In this document: one piece after another, positions 26,732-35,712 of the stretch
How positions within the stretch are numbered: the first letter of the stretch is position 1
How the letters are laid out: each line of letters opens with the position of its first letter
Assembly: GCA_903936645.1 (NCBI GenBank)
Contig: CAIZWI010000183.1
Span: forward strand, 5,835-69,834
DNA length: 64,000 nt
Direction of reading: 5' to 3'
From: an uncultured Verrucomicrobia subdivision 3 bacterium
GTDB lineage: Bacteria > Verrucomicrobiota > Verrucomicrobiia > Limisphaerales > UBA11358
Made by a program: the position numbers and the translations under genes
Notes under the pieces: model-generated
Seen by the model: the letters and a program-made list of their open reading frames with translations, nothing else
The model's database searches: none
Told to the model about the DNA's origin: nothing

Positions 26732-26943
26732 ACGCAACCTAAGACACGCCCTGCTAAAAAATTTTTACACTGAAAAATTTGCGCCGCCCACTGCCATTAC
26801 TGGGAATAATTTCGCTCCGGAATGCACCAATCCCTATTCTTAGAAAGGTTGGCGATGGTGGCTCGACGGATTGATGTCATCTGTAATTGTTTATTGAAAC
26901 TTGCCCACCGCCCGCTTGCCAGGTTTTACAATCTAAACGCGGC

Positions 26944-27894
26944 TTATTTCTTTTTAACCCCAATCACTCGCAGCATTTTGCCGGCGGTGGCGCGCAGCCG
27001 GGCCCGGGCATCGCCGGCGAGCGCGCGGAGGTGGGCGGGCAGCCGGTTCTTTTTTTGCAGGCTCCACGGGATGGGATGGGTGCGGTGGCCGGATTGCTGG
27101 AGCCAGTCGAACAATTCCATCATGTGCGGATGGCAGTACCAGTGGCGGAGACACCAGTCTTTCCAGGGCTTGGGGTTCGCGCCGAAATGGGCCACGTGGC
27201 GGTTGGCCTCGCGGTCCAGCCGGAATTCGCTGATGGGCGGGGCAATATTGGAAAACGCCAGGAGCGAACTCATGACGGATTCATCGGTCATGAAATAAGC
27301 GGGGTTGCGGTTATCCACCACCCCGGCATGGCTGGGGGGGATGACTTTGGCGATTTGGGATTTCCATTGCCGGATGAAATCCAGGTGGCGCTGGTGCAGG
27401 ACGAAGGTGTTGGTCACACAGGTGGTGTTCACCAGCGGGACTTTGAGCTGGCCCACGTCGGCCTGCCATTGTTTCAGCACGGATTGGGGCAGGCCGCCGG
27501 CGGCTTCGCCCGGGGCATAATGATTGCGCCAGACCCAGGCATTTTCGGCGGGTTGCCGCATCCGGATTTGAAATTCCCCGTTCGTGGGGAGGAGAAAACT
27601 GCTGATGTCGCCGATGACCATGCAATCGGCATCCAGCCAGGCGACGTACTCCGTGCTGGCACTCAGGAGCGCCTCGGATTTGCGATTGGCGACGTTCCGT
27701 GGGTCATTGTCCTCCAGCGGCAGGACTTTTACCGTGGGAAATTGCTCCAGCAAGGCGATGTCTTCGGCGGTGAACCCCGTCTGAAGGATGTGGACGGGGG
27801 TGGTGGGCAAATGCTTCGCACAACTGGCCGCGAGAATGAAGGCACCCCAATGATAATTGCGATCGCAGGCGGAAACGATGGTCAGGTTTTTCAT
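26944..27894 (-). CDS. Glycosyltransferase family 8-like protein
   Basis: Start MKNLTIVSACDRNY. DxD-type motif WLDADCMV. GT8-type motif HFGANPKPW. The ORF is open to 27921, but ATG 27894 fits better. Confidence 0.6.
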   Translation of the reverse strand: MKNLTIVSACDRNYHWGAFILAASCAKHLPTTPVHILQTGFTAEDIALLEQFPTVKVLPLEDNDPRNVANRKSEALLSASTEYVAWLDADCMVIGDISSFLLPTNGEFQIRMRQPAENAWVWRNHYAPGEAAGGLPQSVLKQWQADVGQLKVPLVNTTCVTNTFVLHQRHLDFIRQWKSQIAKVIPPSHAGVVDNRNPAYFMTDESVMSSLLAFSNIAPPISEFRLDREANRHVAHFGANPKPWKDWCLRHWYCHPHMMELFDWLQQSGHRTHPIPWSLQKKNRLPAHLRALAGDARARLRATAGKMLRVIGVKKK

Positions 27895-27907
27895 AGTGAT
27901 TTCCCGG

Positions 27908-28366
27908 TCAACGAGGAGCATTTATATTAAAAAACGTGCCGCGCCACCATGATATATCGGTGAACGCCTCCACCTGGTTGCCCGGTTCGATCCGAATGGT
28001 CAGGCGGTAGCCGCCGTGGGAAGGAATGGGATTTTCGCTGTCCCAACTCCAAGGTGGATCAGTGGCCATTTCCATGTGAACCGTCCCGGTGGGGCCGCGG
28101 GGCTCGAGTTTGAAGCGGACGGATTCCTGATCCTGCAAGGCCGGGTAGGCTTTGGTCTGGCTGCAGGCGCGCACGAGCAACGGGGGCAGAATCCCCCCGG
28201 TTTCATTGTAGATAACGATGGAGGAGACGTCGGAGCGGAGCAGGGCGATGACCGTGGCACCAATGAGGCCGAGGATGAGGCATAGCGGCAGGAACACGCG
28301 TTTCCGCAGCCAGAGGGGGCGCAGTTGGCTCTTTTTCATGGGGAGTTTGGTGGTTTCACCCGTCAC
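27908..28366 (-). CDS. Hypothetical membrane-anchored protein
   Basis: 152-aa ORF with a single N-terminal TM segment (VFLPLCLILGLIGATVIALL). No family recognised. Alternative start at 28339. Confidence 0.5.
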   Translation of the reverse strand: MTGETTKLPMKKSQLRPLWLRKRVFLPLCLILGLIGATVIALLRSDVSSIVIYNETGGILPPLLVRACSQTKAYPALQDQESVRFKLEPRGPTGTVHMEMATDPPWSWDSENPIPSHGGYRLTIRIEPGNQVEAFTDISWWRGTFFNINAPR

Positions 28367-28600
28367 AGCCTAGCCCCTCACTGGCTGGCAATAAAGCGCC
28401 AAGTGCACCGAAACGACCCGAAAATGCGGAAATTAATGCGGTGTCCCGGGCAAAATCCGTTGCGTGCGACCAGCGGCGCACCCGGATCGGTGGTTTTGGT
28501 CCAGGATGCCGCTCCCCACCGGCCATAAATCGTCACGGTTCCGGCTTGCGCCGGAGAGTGGCGTTTGTTCCAATTCAGCGCGCGCGGCAAGCGGCAAACC

Positions 28601-30079
28601 ATGCAATCCAAACATTACCCAAAACATTATTGCGGGGTCTTCGGCATTTTCGGTCATCCGAATGCAGCCGAGTTAACCTACTACGGCCTTTATGCCCTGC
28701 AGCATCGTGGCCAGGAGAGCGCCGGCATTGTCACCTGTCACGATGGCAAGTTCTACAAGCACCATGGCATGGGTCTGGTGCCGCATATTTTTGATCCGAA
28801 AGTGCTGCATGAACTCCATGGCCAGCGGGCCATTGGGCACACCCGCTACTCCACCACCGGCGCCTCCTCCCTGCGCAATGCACAGCCGCTTACGGTGGAC
28901 TGCATGCGCGGGCAGATTGCCGTGGCGCACAATGGCAACCTCACGAACGCCGCTATTTTGCGCGATGAATTGGAAAGCAAGGGGCTGGTTTTCCAGACGA
29001 CGGTGGACAGCGAAATTATCATCATGATGCTGGCCCAACCCACCCTGGGTCACGTCCAGAACACCATCGTGCAGACGCTGCGCCGCATCGAGGGGGCTTA
29101 TTCGTTGGTAATCATGACGGAAAAGGAATTGATCGGCGCCCGGGATCCCCACGGCTTCCGGCCACTTTCGATCGGCCGCACGGACAATGGAGCGTGGGTG
29201 CTTTCGAGCGAGACGACGGCGTTTGACCTCATCCACGCGGTTTTTGTGCGGGATGTGGAACCGGGCGAGGTCGTGATTATCAATGACAAGGGCCTGACGA
29301 GCATTAAAGCCTTTCCCGAACATACGAAGCGGGCGTTGTGCGTGTTTGAATATGTCTATTTTGCGCGGCCGGACAGTGTGATTAACGGTCACTCCGTCTA
29401 TGAAGTCCGCAAGGAAATGGGCCGGCAACTGGCGCGGGAGCATCAAATCGAAGCCGACCTGGTGATCCCGGTGCCGGACAGCGGGGTATGCGCCGCGATG
29501 GGGTATTCCGAGGAATCGGGCATTCCTTACGAGATGGCCTTTATCCGGAACCATTACGTGGGCCGCAGCTTCCTGGCCCCCACGCAACTCATCCGCGATT
29601 TTAATGTGCGGGTGAAGCTCAACCTGATCGCCTCGCTCGTGAAAGACAAGCGCGTGGTGATCGTGGACGACTCGATTGTGCGCGGCACCACCGCGCGGTC
29701 GCGCGTGAAGACGCTGAAGGACGCCGGGGCGGCCGAGGTTCATGTGGCCGTCAGTTGCCCGCCGCACATGCACCCCTGTGTTTACGGCATTGATTTTCCG
29801 GACCGCAGCAAGTTGATGGCGGCGACCAACACCGTGGATGAAATCCGCCAGTACCTCAATGCCGATTCGCTGCATTACCTGACCCCGGCCGGCATGATCA
29901 AGGCAACGGGCCAGGATAAATCGGCCTTTTGCATGGCGTGTTACGACGGCAAATATCCAGTGCCATTTGATCCCTTGCTGGACAAGAGCATCATGGAACG
30001 GCGCAAGCGGCTCACCCAAACCCTCGGCGAGGGGGCCGCGCTGGAAAATGCCCAGTACAAGCTCTTGAAAGAGACGTGA
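28601..30079 (+). CDS. purF: Amidophosphoribosyltransferase
   Basis: Short propeptide, then CGVFGIFG with the catalytic Cys. Motifs YALQHRGQESAGI and the PRPP-binding loop VVIVDDSIVRGTT. C-terminal Cys ligands are present. The antisense 477-aa ORF is a shadow. Confidence 0.92.
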   Translation: MQSKHYPKHYCGVFGIFGHPNAAELTYYGLYALQHRGQESAGIVTCHDGKFYKHHGMGLVPHIFDPKVLHELHGQRAIGHTRYSTTGASSLRNAQPLTVDCMRGQIAVAHNGNLTNAAILRDELESKGLVFQTTVDSEIIIMMLAQPTLGHVQNTIVQTLRRIEGAYSLVIMTEKELIGARDPHGFRPLSIGRTDNGAWVLSSETTAFDLIHAVFVRDVEPGEVVIINDKGLTSIKAFPEHTKRALCVFEYVYFARPDSVINGHSVYEVRKEMGRQLAREHQIEADLVIPVPDSGVCAAMGYSEESGIPYEMAFIRNHYVGRSFLAPTQLIRDFNVRVKLNLIASLVKDKRVVIVDDSIVRGTTARSRVKTLKDAGAAEVHVAVSCPPHMHPCVYGIDFPDRSKLMAATNTVDEIRQYLNADSLHYLTPAGMIKATGQDKSAFCMACYDGKYPVPFDPLLDKSIMERRKRLTQTLGEGAALENAQYKLLKET

Positions 30080-30141
30080 GCGGCTCGTGGTTCGCGGAAA
30101 CCGCATTGACGCAACCCCGGGGCGACCACAGAATCACTCGT

Positions 30142-31083
30142 ATGATGAAAGCGTCCGCCTTAGTCGGGAAGCGGCCGGAGTCCATGCGGTTTCACGCACC
30201 GCTAGTGCCAACCATCGACCAGATCATGGTCGAGGAGCGGGCCAATGCCTTCACCAAGCGGAGCCTCAAAACCAGTGCCAAGCTCGCGGGCCTGAAAATG
30301 GCCGTGAGCATGTGCGATCTCACCACGCTGGAAGGCAAAGACACTCCCGGCAAAGTCGCCTATCTTTGCCGCAAAGCGGTGCAACCCATCGAGGCTAAAT
30401 ATGGCGTGCCACCCTGCGCCGCGGTGTGTGTGTATCCGAATCTGGTCAAACCGGCGCGGGTGTTTCTGGGACCTAATTCACCGGTAAAAATCGCTGCCGT
30501 GGCCACCGGCTTTCCCAGCGGGCAATATCCCCTGCGCACCAAGTTGGAGGAAGTGCGCCGCACCGTGGCGGATGGCGCGGATGAAATTGACATGGTGATT
30601 GATCGCGGGGCGTTTCTGGCGGGTGAACACGCGCGGATGTTCGATGAAATTGCGGCCACGAAACAAGCCTGCGGCGCGGCCCATCTCAAGGTGATTCTCG
30701 AAACCGGCGAACTGGTCACCTACGATAATGTGCGCCTGGCCAGCGACATCGCCATGCGGGCGGGCGGGGATTTTATCAAGACCAGCACGGGCAAAGTGTC
30801 GCCCGCAGCGACGCTCCCGGTCACCCTGGTGATGCTGGAGGCGATTCGGGATCATTTTTTTGCCACCGGCGTGCGCATTGGCATGAAACCGGCCGGCGGC
30901 ATCCGCACGGCCAAACAAGCACTGGCCTATTTGGTCATGGTAAAGGAAACCCTGGGGGATGACTGGCTGACCCCTGACCTGTTTCGCATCGGCGCGAGTT
31001 CGCTGGTGACGGATTTGCTGATGCAGATTGTGAAATGCAGCGAGGCGAATTACCAGGCGGCGGATTATTTTTCGCTCCCGTGA
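30142..31083 (+). CDS. deoC: Deoxyribose-phosphate aldolase, long DERA type
   Basis: Motifs DLTTLEG, GADEIDMVIDRG, AHLKVILETGEL, FIKTSTGK and GMKPAGGIRTAKQALAYLVMVKETLGDDWLTPDLFRIGASSL. These closely parallel the long animal/bacterial DERA form as I remember it. Start chosen at MMKAS; the ORF is open from 30076. Confidence 0.85.
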   Translation: MMKASALVGKRPESMRFHAPLVPTIDQIMVEERANAFTKRSLKTSAKLAGLKMAVSMCDLTTLEGKDTPGKVAYLCRKAVQPIEAKYGVPPCAAVCVYPNLVKPARVFLGPNSPVKIAAVATGFPSGQYPLRTKLEEVRRTVADGADEIDMVIDRGAFLAGEHARMFDEIAATKQACGAAHLKVILETGELVTYDNVRLASDIAMRAGGDFIKTSTGKVSPAATLPVTLVMLEAIRDHFFATGVRIGMKPAGGIRTAKQALAYLVMVKETLGDDWLTPDLFRIGASSLVTDLLMQIVKCSEANYQAADYFSLP

Positions 31084-31116
31084 ACAGGTCACTGGATGAA
31101 CCTTAAAACTTAATAA

Positions 31117-32658
31117 ATGAAAGCCAAAACCCAAGACGCCAAAATTTCCCCGAAGGGTTCCGTGGTGCCGGCGATGGCACCCCCGGTCATCCCGCTTAAA
31201 GACCGCCACCTGAATTTTGGCGGCAAATGGGAGTACGCGCCTTCGCCCGAGGATGCCCGGGCCTATCCGATCGCGCCGCGGCATGAGTTGTTCATCAATG
31301 GCAAGTTCGTGGCCCCGGCCTCGGGCACTTATTTTCCCTCCATCAATCCGGCGACGGAAGAGCAACTGACTGAGATTGCCGAGGCGAATGCGGCGGATGT
31401 GGATGCGGCCGTCAGGGCCGCGCGCCGCGCTTACGACCGGGTGTGGGGTAAAATGCCGGCGCGGGAACGCGGCAAGTATTTGTATCGCATCGCGCGCATC
31501 ATCCAGGAAAAAGCCCGGGAACTGGCGGTGCTGGAAACCATCGACGGCGGCAAGCCCATCAAGGAAAGCCGGGACGTGGATTTGCCCCTGGTGGCCGCGC
31601 ATTTCTTTTATTATGCGGGCTGGGCCGACAAGTTGAAATATGCCTTCCCCGGCAAAACCCCCCGGCCGCTGGGCGTGGCCGGGCAGATCATTCCCTGGAA
31701 TTTCCCGCTCTTGATGGCGGCCTGGAAGCTGGCCCCGGCCCTGGCTTGTGGCAATACCGTGGTGCTCAAACCGGCGGAAACCACCAGCCTCACCGCCCTG
31801 CGTCTGGCGCAGATTTTCCAAGAAGCCGGCCTGCCGGAGGGGGTGGTCAACCTGGTCACCGGGGCGGGCGCGACCGGCGCGGCCATCGTGAATCATCCGG
31901 ACATCAACAAAATCGCCTTCACTGGTTCCACCGAGGTGGGCAAGCTCATCGCGCGGGCCGTGGCCGGTTCCCGCAAGCACCTCACGCTGGAACTGGGGGG
32001 CAAGGCGGCGAATATTATTTTCGAGGACGCCCCCCTGGACCAGGCGGTGGAGGGCGTGATTGCCGGGATTTATTTTAATCAAGGCCACGTCTGCTGTGCA
32101 GGCTCGCGGTTGCTGGTGCAGGAGGGCGTTTACGCGCGGGTTGTCAAAAAATTGCGCGACCGCATCCAAACCCTGCGCGTGGGTAATCCGCTGGATAAAA
32201 ACACCGATATTGGCGCGATCAACTCGGCTGGACAACTGGCGAAGATTCGCGAACTGGTGCAGAGTGGGCTGGATGAAGGCGCGACCTTGCAGCAAACCCA
32301 GTGTGCGCTGCCGGCTCGGGGGTTCTGGTACCCGCCCAGCTTTCTTACGGGCGTCACCCACGCTCACCGCGTGGCGCAGGAGGAGATTTTTGGTCCGGTC
32401 CTGAGTGTCATGACCTTCCGCACTCCCGAGGAGGCCCTGGAACGCGCCAACAATACCCCTTACGGCTTGAGTGCGGGCATTTGGACCGACAAGGGCAGCA
32501 AGATTTTTAAAATGGCCGCCAAACTCAACGCCGGCGTGATCTGGGCCAATTGCTACAACAAGTTTGATCCAGCCAGCCCCTTTGGCGGATACAAAGAAAG
32601 CGGTTTTGGCCGTGAAGGCGGGTTGCCGGGCCTCGCCGCCTACTGCCGGCTGGATTAG
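31117..32658 (+). CDS. NAD(P)-dependent aldehyde dehydrogenase (full length)
   Basis: Motifs IIPWNFPLLMAAWKLAPALACGNTVVLKPAE, catalytic Glu in ELGGKAANIIF, catalytic Cys in FNQGHVCCAGSRLLV, and EEIFGPV. Confidence 0.9.
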   Translation: MKAKTQDAKISPKGSVVPAMAPPVIPLKDRHLNFGGKWEYAPSPEDARAYPIAPRHELFINGKFVAPASGTYFPSINPATEEQLTEIAEANAADVDAAVRAARRAYDRVWGKMPARERGKYLYRIARIIQEKARELAVLETIDGGKPIKESRDVDLPLVAAHFFYYAGWADKLKYAFPGKTPRPLGVAGQIIPWNFPLLMAAWKLAPALACGNTVVLKPAETTSLTALRLAQIFQEAGLPEGVVNLVTGAGATGAAIVNHPDINKIAFTGSTEVGKLIARAVAGSRKHLTLELGGKAANIIFEDAPLDQAVEGVIAGIYFNQGHVCCAGSRLLVQEGVYARVVKKLRDRIQTLRVGNPLDKNTDIGAINSAGQLAKIRELVQSGLDEGATLQQTQCALPARGFWYPPSFLTGVTHAHRVAQEEIFGPVLSVMTFRTPEEALERANNTPYGLSAGIWTDKGSKIFKMAAKLNAGVIWANCYNKFDPASPFGGYKESGFGREGGLPGLAAYCRLD

Positions 32659-32686
32659 CCAAGCCACCATGAACCAACCTTAAATC

Positions 32687-32893
32687 ATGCGCAAAATCAT
32701 TGGTTTGATCTGCCTGGTGCTGGGCGGGATATTGATTTTCCAAGGGCGGAGCATCCCCGAGGACTTGGATCATCAGCTCAAAAATTTCCTGCCGGGCATG
32801 CCGGTGTACCGCACCACTTATTTGTATATTGCCGGTGGTTTGTTGATCGCGTACGGCCTGTTGAACCTGGTCTGGCCCCGTAAAAAAAGTTGA
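32687..32893 (+). CDS. Small two-TM membrane protein (DUF3185-like)
   Basis: 68 aa with two hydrophobic helices (IIGLICLVLGGILIF and YLYIAGGLLIAYGLLNLVW) and a basic C-terminus. It is wedged between the two ALDH-family genes. Confidence 0.55.
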   Translation: MRKIIGLICLVLGGILIFQGRSIPEDLDHQLKNFLPGMPVYRTTYLYIAGGLLIAYGLLNLVWPRKKS

Positions 32894-32897
32894 ATCT

Positions 32898-33773
32898 ATG
32901 AGCACGCCCCGCCTCGAAGTCAAAAAAACCTACAAGCTGTTCATCGGCGGGAAATTCCCGCGCAGCGAGAGTGGCCGCTATTTGCCGGCCCATTCTGCGG
33001 CCGGCGCGCACCTGGATAATTACGCCCATGCCTCCCGCAAGGATTTTCGGGATGCGGTGGTCGCGGCGCGGTCGGCTGCTGGCGGCTGGGCCCGGGCCAC
33101 GGCCTATCTGCGCGGGCAAATCCTGTACCGCGCAGCGGAGATGTTGCAAAATCGAGCCGGTGAGTTGGTGTCAGAAATCGCCCGGTCCACCGGCGCCCGC
33201 CCGGCGCAGGCGCGGCGGGAAGTCACCCTCGCCATTGACCGGCTGGTGCATTATGCCGGGTGGACCGACAAGTTTGCGCAGATTTTCAGCAGCGTGAATC
33301 CGGTGGCCTCGCCCCATTTTAATTTTACCATGCCCGAACCCACCGGCGTGGTGGTGGTGCTGGCTCCGGACGAACCTGCCCTGCTGGCGCTCGTCTCCTT
33401 GATCGCGCCGGTCATTCTGAGTGGCAACACTGCGGTGGTCATCGCTTCGGAAACCTTTCCGCTCCCGGCAGCCACCTTTGCCGAAATCCTGGCCACCAGC
33501 GACCTGCCTGGTGGCGTGGTGAACCTGCTCACCGGCCAGCGCGCCGAACTCGTCCCTCACCTGGCCAGCCACATGGATGTGAATGCCATTGTAGACGGCA
33601 CGGGCAGCGCTGAATTGCAAGCCACGTTGCAAGGCGGGTCCGCGGTGAATCTCAAGCGTTATACGCGCCGTGACCTGAAGGCGGCTGACTGGTTTGCCGA
33701 TAAGGCGGAAGATCCTTATTGGATATTAGACACGGTGGAATACAAAACGGCATGGCATCCGATGGGGGTGTGA
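32898..33773 (+). CDS. Truncated aldehyde-dehydrogenase-like protein lacking the catalytic domain
   Basis: 291 aa. It aligns by eye with the N-terminal/cofactor half of ALDHs (YKLFIGGKF..., VVVVLAPDEPALLALVSLIAPVILSGNTAVVIASE, PGGVVNLLTG). It ends before any ELGGK or catalytic-Cys motif. Confidence 0.7.
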   Translation: MSTPRLEVKKTYKLFIGGKFPRSESGRYLPAHSAAGAHLDNYAHASRKDFRDAVVAARSAAGGWARATAYLRGQILYRAAEMLQNRAGELVSEIARSTGARPAQARREVTLAIDRLVHYAGWTDKFAQIFSSVNPVASPHFNFTMPEPTGVVVVLAPDEPALLALVSLIAPVILSGNTAVVIASETFPLPAATFAEILATSDLPGGVVNLLTGQRAELVPHLASHMDVNAIVDGTGSAELQATLQGGSAVNLKRYTRRDLKAADWFADKAEDPYWILDTVEYKTAWHPMGV

Positions 33774-33780
33774 AGTTGGG

Positions 33781-34725
33781 TTACCCCACCGCCACGCCCT
33801 GCGGCCCCGGCCCGCCATTCACCAGAAACAAAACCGCCATGCGCACCGCCAGGCCATTGGTGACCTGCTCCAAAATCAGGGAACGGCCGCTGTCGGCGAT
33901 ATCGCTGTCGATCTCCACCCCGCGGTTGATCGGGCCGGGATGCATGATCAGGGCGTCCGGTTTCGTTCGCGCCAGGCGGGCCTTCGTCAGGCCGAAAAGA
34001 GTCGTATATTCACCGATACTCGGAAACATCGTCTGCCGCTGGCGCTCGTGCTGAATGCGCAACAAATTGATGATGTCGGCATGCTCAATCGCCTCTTCCA
34101 TGTTGTGGGTGACCCGGCAGCCCATTTGTTCAAAGGTTTTCGGCACCAGCGTGGAGGGGCCGCACAGGGTGACATTGGCCCCGAGCTTGGTGAGCGCCCA
34201 GATGTTTGAGCGGGCGACCCGGCTGTACAAGATGTCCCCGAGAATGGTCACATTCAGCCCTTCGATCCGCCCCTTTTTTTCCCGAATGGTAAACGTGTCG
34301 AGCAACGCCTGCGTGGGATGCTCGTGCGCCCCGTCACCCGCGTTGATAATGTGCGCATTGACGACGCGGGAGAGGAAGTGCGGCGCACCGGAGGCACTGT
34401 GACGGATAATGATGAAATCCGCGTTAAGGGCCTCCAGATTGCGGGCGGTGTCCTTGAGGGTTTCCCCTTTTTTGAACGAGGAGGCATCCGCGGAAAAATT
34501 GACGATGTCCGCGGTCAGTCGCTGGGCGGCCAGTTCAAAGCTGATGCGCGTGCGGGTCGAGGGTTCAATGAACAGGTTGACCACGGTCTTGCCCCGCAGG
34601 GCCGGGACTTTTTTGATGGCCCGCTCCCCCACCGCCTTGAAAGCCCGGGCGGTGTCCAGGACCGTGACGATTTCCCCGGCGCTGAGGGATTCGATATCCA
34701 GCAGATGTTTGCGATGCCAGCTCAT
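33781..34725 (-). CDS. pyrB: Aspartate carbamoyltransferase catalytic subunit
   Basis: Motifs STRTRISFELAAQRL and HPTQALLD. ATG at 34725 (MSWHRKHLLDIESL) lies directly after the pyrR stop. The ORF is open further upstream, but that part overlaps pyrR. Confidence 0.9.
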   Translation of the reverse strand: MSWHRKHLLDIESLSAGEIVTVLDTARAFKAVGERAIKKVPALRGKTVVNLFIEPSTRTRISFELAAQRLTADIVNFSADASSFKKGETLKDTARNLEALNADFIIIRHSASGAPHFLSRVVNAHIINAGDGAHEHPTQALLDTFTIREKKGRIEGLNVTILGDILYSRVARSNIWALTKLGANVTLCGPSTLVPKTFEQMGCRVTHNMEEAIEHADIINLLRIQHERQRQTMFPSIGEYTTLFGLTKARLARTKPDALIMHPGPINRGVEIDSDIADSGRSLILEQVTNGLAVRMAVLFLVNGGPGPQGVAVG

Positions 34726-34726
34726 G

Positions 34727-35257
34727 TTATTTCTCCAGAACGACCTCATCCGCCCGGCCTGGTACCTCGAGCCGCACCCGGATCTTCTCCGAGAGGGCGG
34801 TGGGGATGTTTTTGCCCACAAAATCCGCCTTGATGGGAAGTTCGCGATGGCCCCGGTCCACCAGCACCGCCAGTTGAATCTTTTTCGGCCGGCCAAAATC
34901 GTTGATGGCGTCCATGGCCGCGCGTGTGGTGCGTCCGCTAAAAAGCACATCGTCGACCAAAACCACGGTTTTGCCGGTCACATCAAACGGGATCACCGTG
35001 GGTCTCACCGCCGGGGCAATCCGGCCGCCCAAGTCATCCCGGTACAGGGTCACATCCAAAATCCCCACGGGCACCGGCTGCTGCCAAATCTCCGCGAGGA
35101 TGGCACTGAGGCGGAGGGCGAGGACATCTCCTCCCACGGGAATACCCACGAGCACCACCTCGGTGCTGTTCTCGTTGCGTTCAGCGATTTCGTGAGCAAT
35201 GCGGTTCAACGCCCGCTGAATGGCGGCTGCCGGCAAGACGACCAGGGTTTCAGGCAT
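34727..35257 (-). CDS. pyrR: Bifunctional pyr operon regulator / uracil phosphoribosyltransferase
   Basis: 176 aa with the PRPP-binding motif [21 protein letters not shown]. It lies immediately upstream of pyrB. Confidence 0.88.
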   Translation of the reverse strand: MPETLVVLPAAAIQRALNRIAHEIAERNENSTEVVLVGIPVGGDVLALRLSAILAEIWQQPVPVGILDVTLYRDDLGGRIAPAVRPTVIPFDVTGKTVVLVDDVLFSGRTTRAAMDAINDFGRPKKIQLAVLVDRGHRELPIKADFVGKNIPTALSEKIRVRLEVPGRADEVVLEK

Positions 35258-35380
35258 AAAGGCAGGTTGCCTGACTCCCGGTGCTGGAGTCCGTTGGGCA
35301 GGTAAGTGTCGGTTTCATGGGGTCCTTGGCCAGCTCACAGGCAGGCGTTAAAGGATCAAATTGAGCTAAGGCTGTTTAAT

Positions 35381-35602
35381 TCAATTTGTGGCCGCAGTCT
35401 GACGGTTACGGCGCCAGTTGGAGCGATGCTTGACAATCCAATCCGTCAGCGCATGCTCGAATCCAATATCCCGGCCGGCTTTTTCCGATTCAATCCACTT
35501 GTGCCGGAGGATCTCCTCCCGCTCAGCCTGAAACTCGCGATAGAGCGATGAATTCTTCAGCAAATCGTTAGCCGACGAAGAGTCTTTTACAGGGGTCGAC
35601 AT
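35381..35602 (-). CDS. Small conserved hypothetical protein
   Basis: 73-aa ORF with a well-composed motif ILRHKWIESEKAGRDIGFEHALTDWIVKH. I have seen this in small proteins of other phyla but cannot name the family. Confidence 0.5.
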   Translation of the reverse strand: MSTPVKDSSSANDLLKNSSLYREFQAEREEILRHKWIESEKAGRDIGFEHALTDWIVKHRSNWRRNRQTAATN

Positions 35603-35712
35603 AGATAGAGTTTATTGTTACAACGACGTTAAATCCGAACGCGCCGAGTTGCAACAGAAATTTGGCATCTCCCGGGTACCGCAAATGTGGTATGGACGGA
35701 GCCAGTTTTGGC

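Noticed and set aside
30478-32670. 730-aa ORF on the minus strand. The same applies to other long antisense ORFs: 28673-30106 (-), 37803-39911 (+), 5839-7158 (-), 23913-24821 (+), 25455-26393 (+), 26887-27930 (+), 286-1260 (-), 10931-11809 (-), 14237-15247 (-), 53008-54003 (-) and 51806-52780 (-).
   Set aside because: Each lies antisense to a gene with clear family motifs (deoC/ALDH, purF, helicase, GH35, GT8, TpsB and others). Their translations are Arg/Gly/His/Pro-rich with no motifs. They are typical stop-poor shadow frames of GC-rich DNA.
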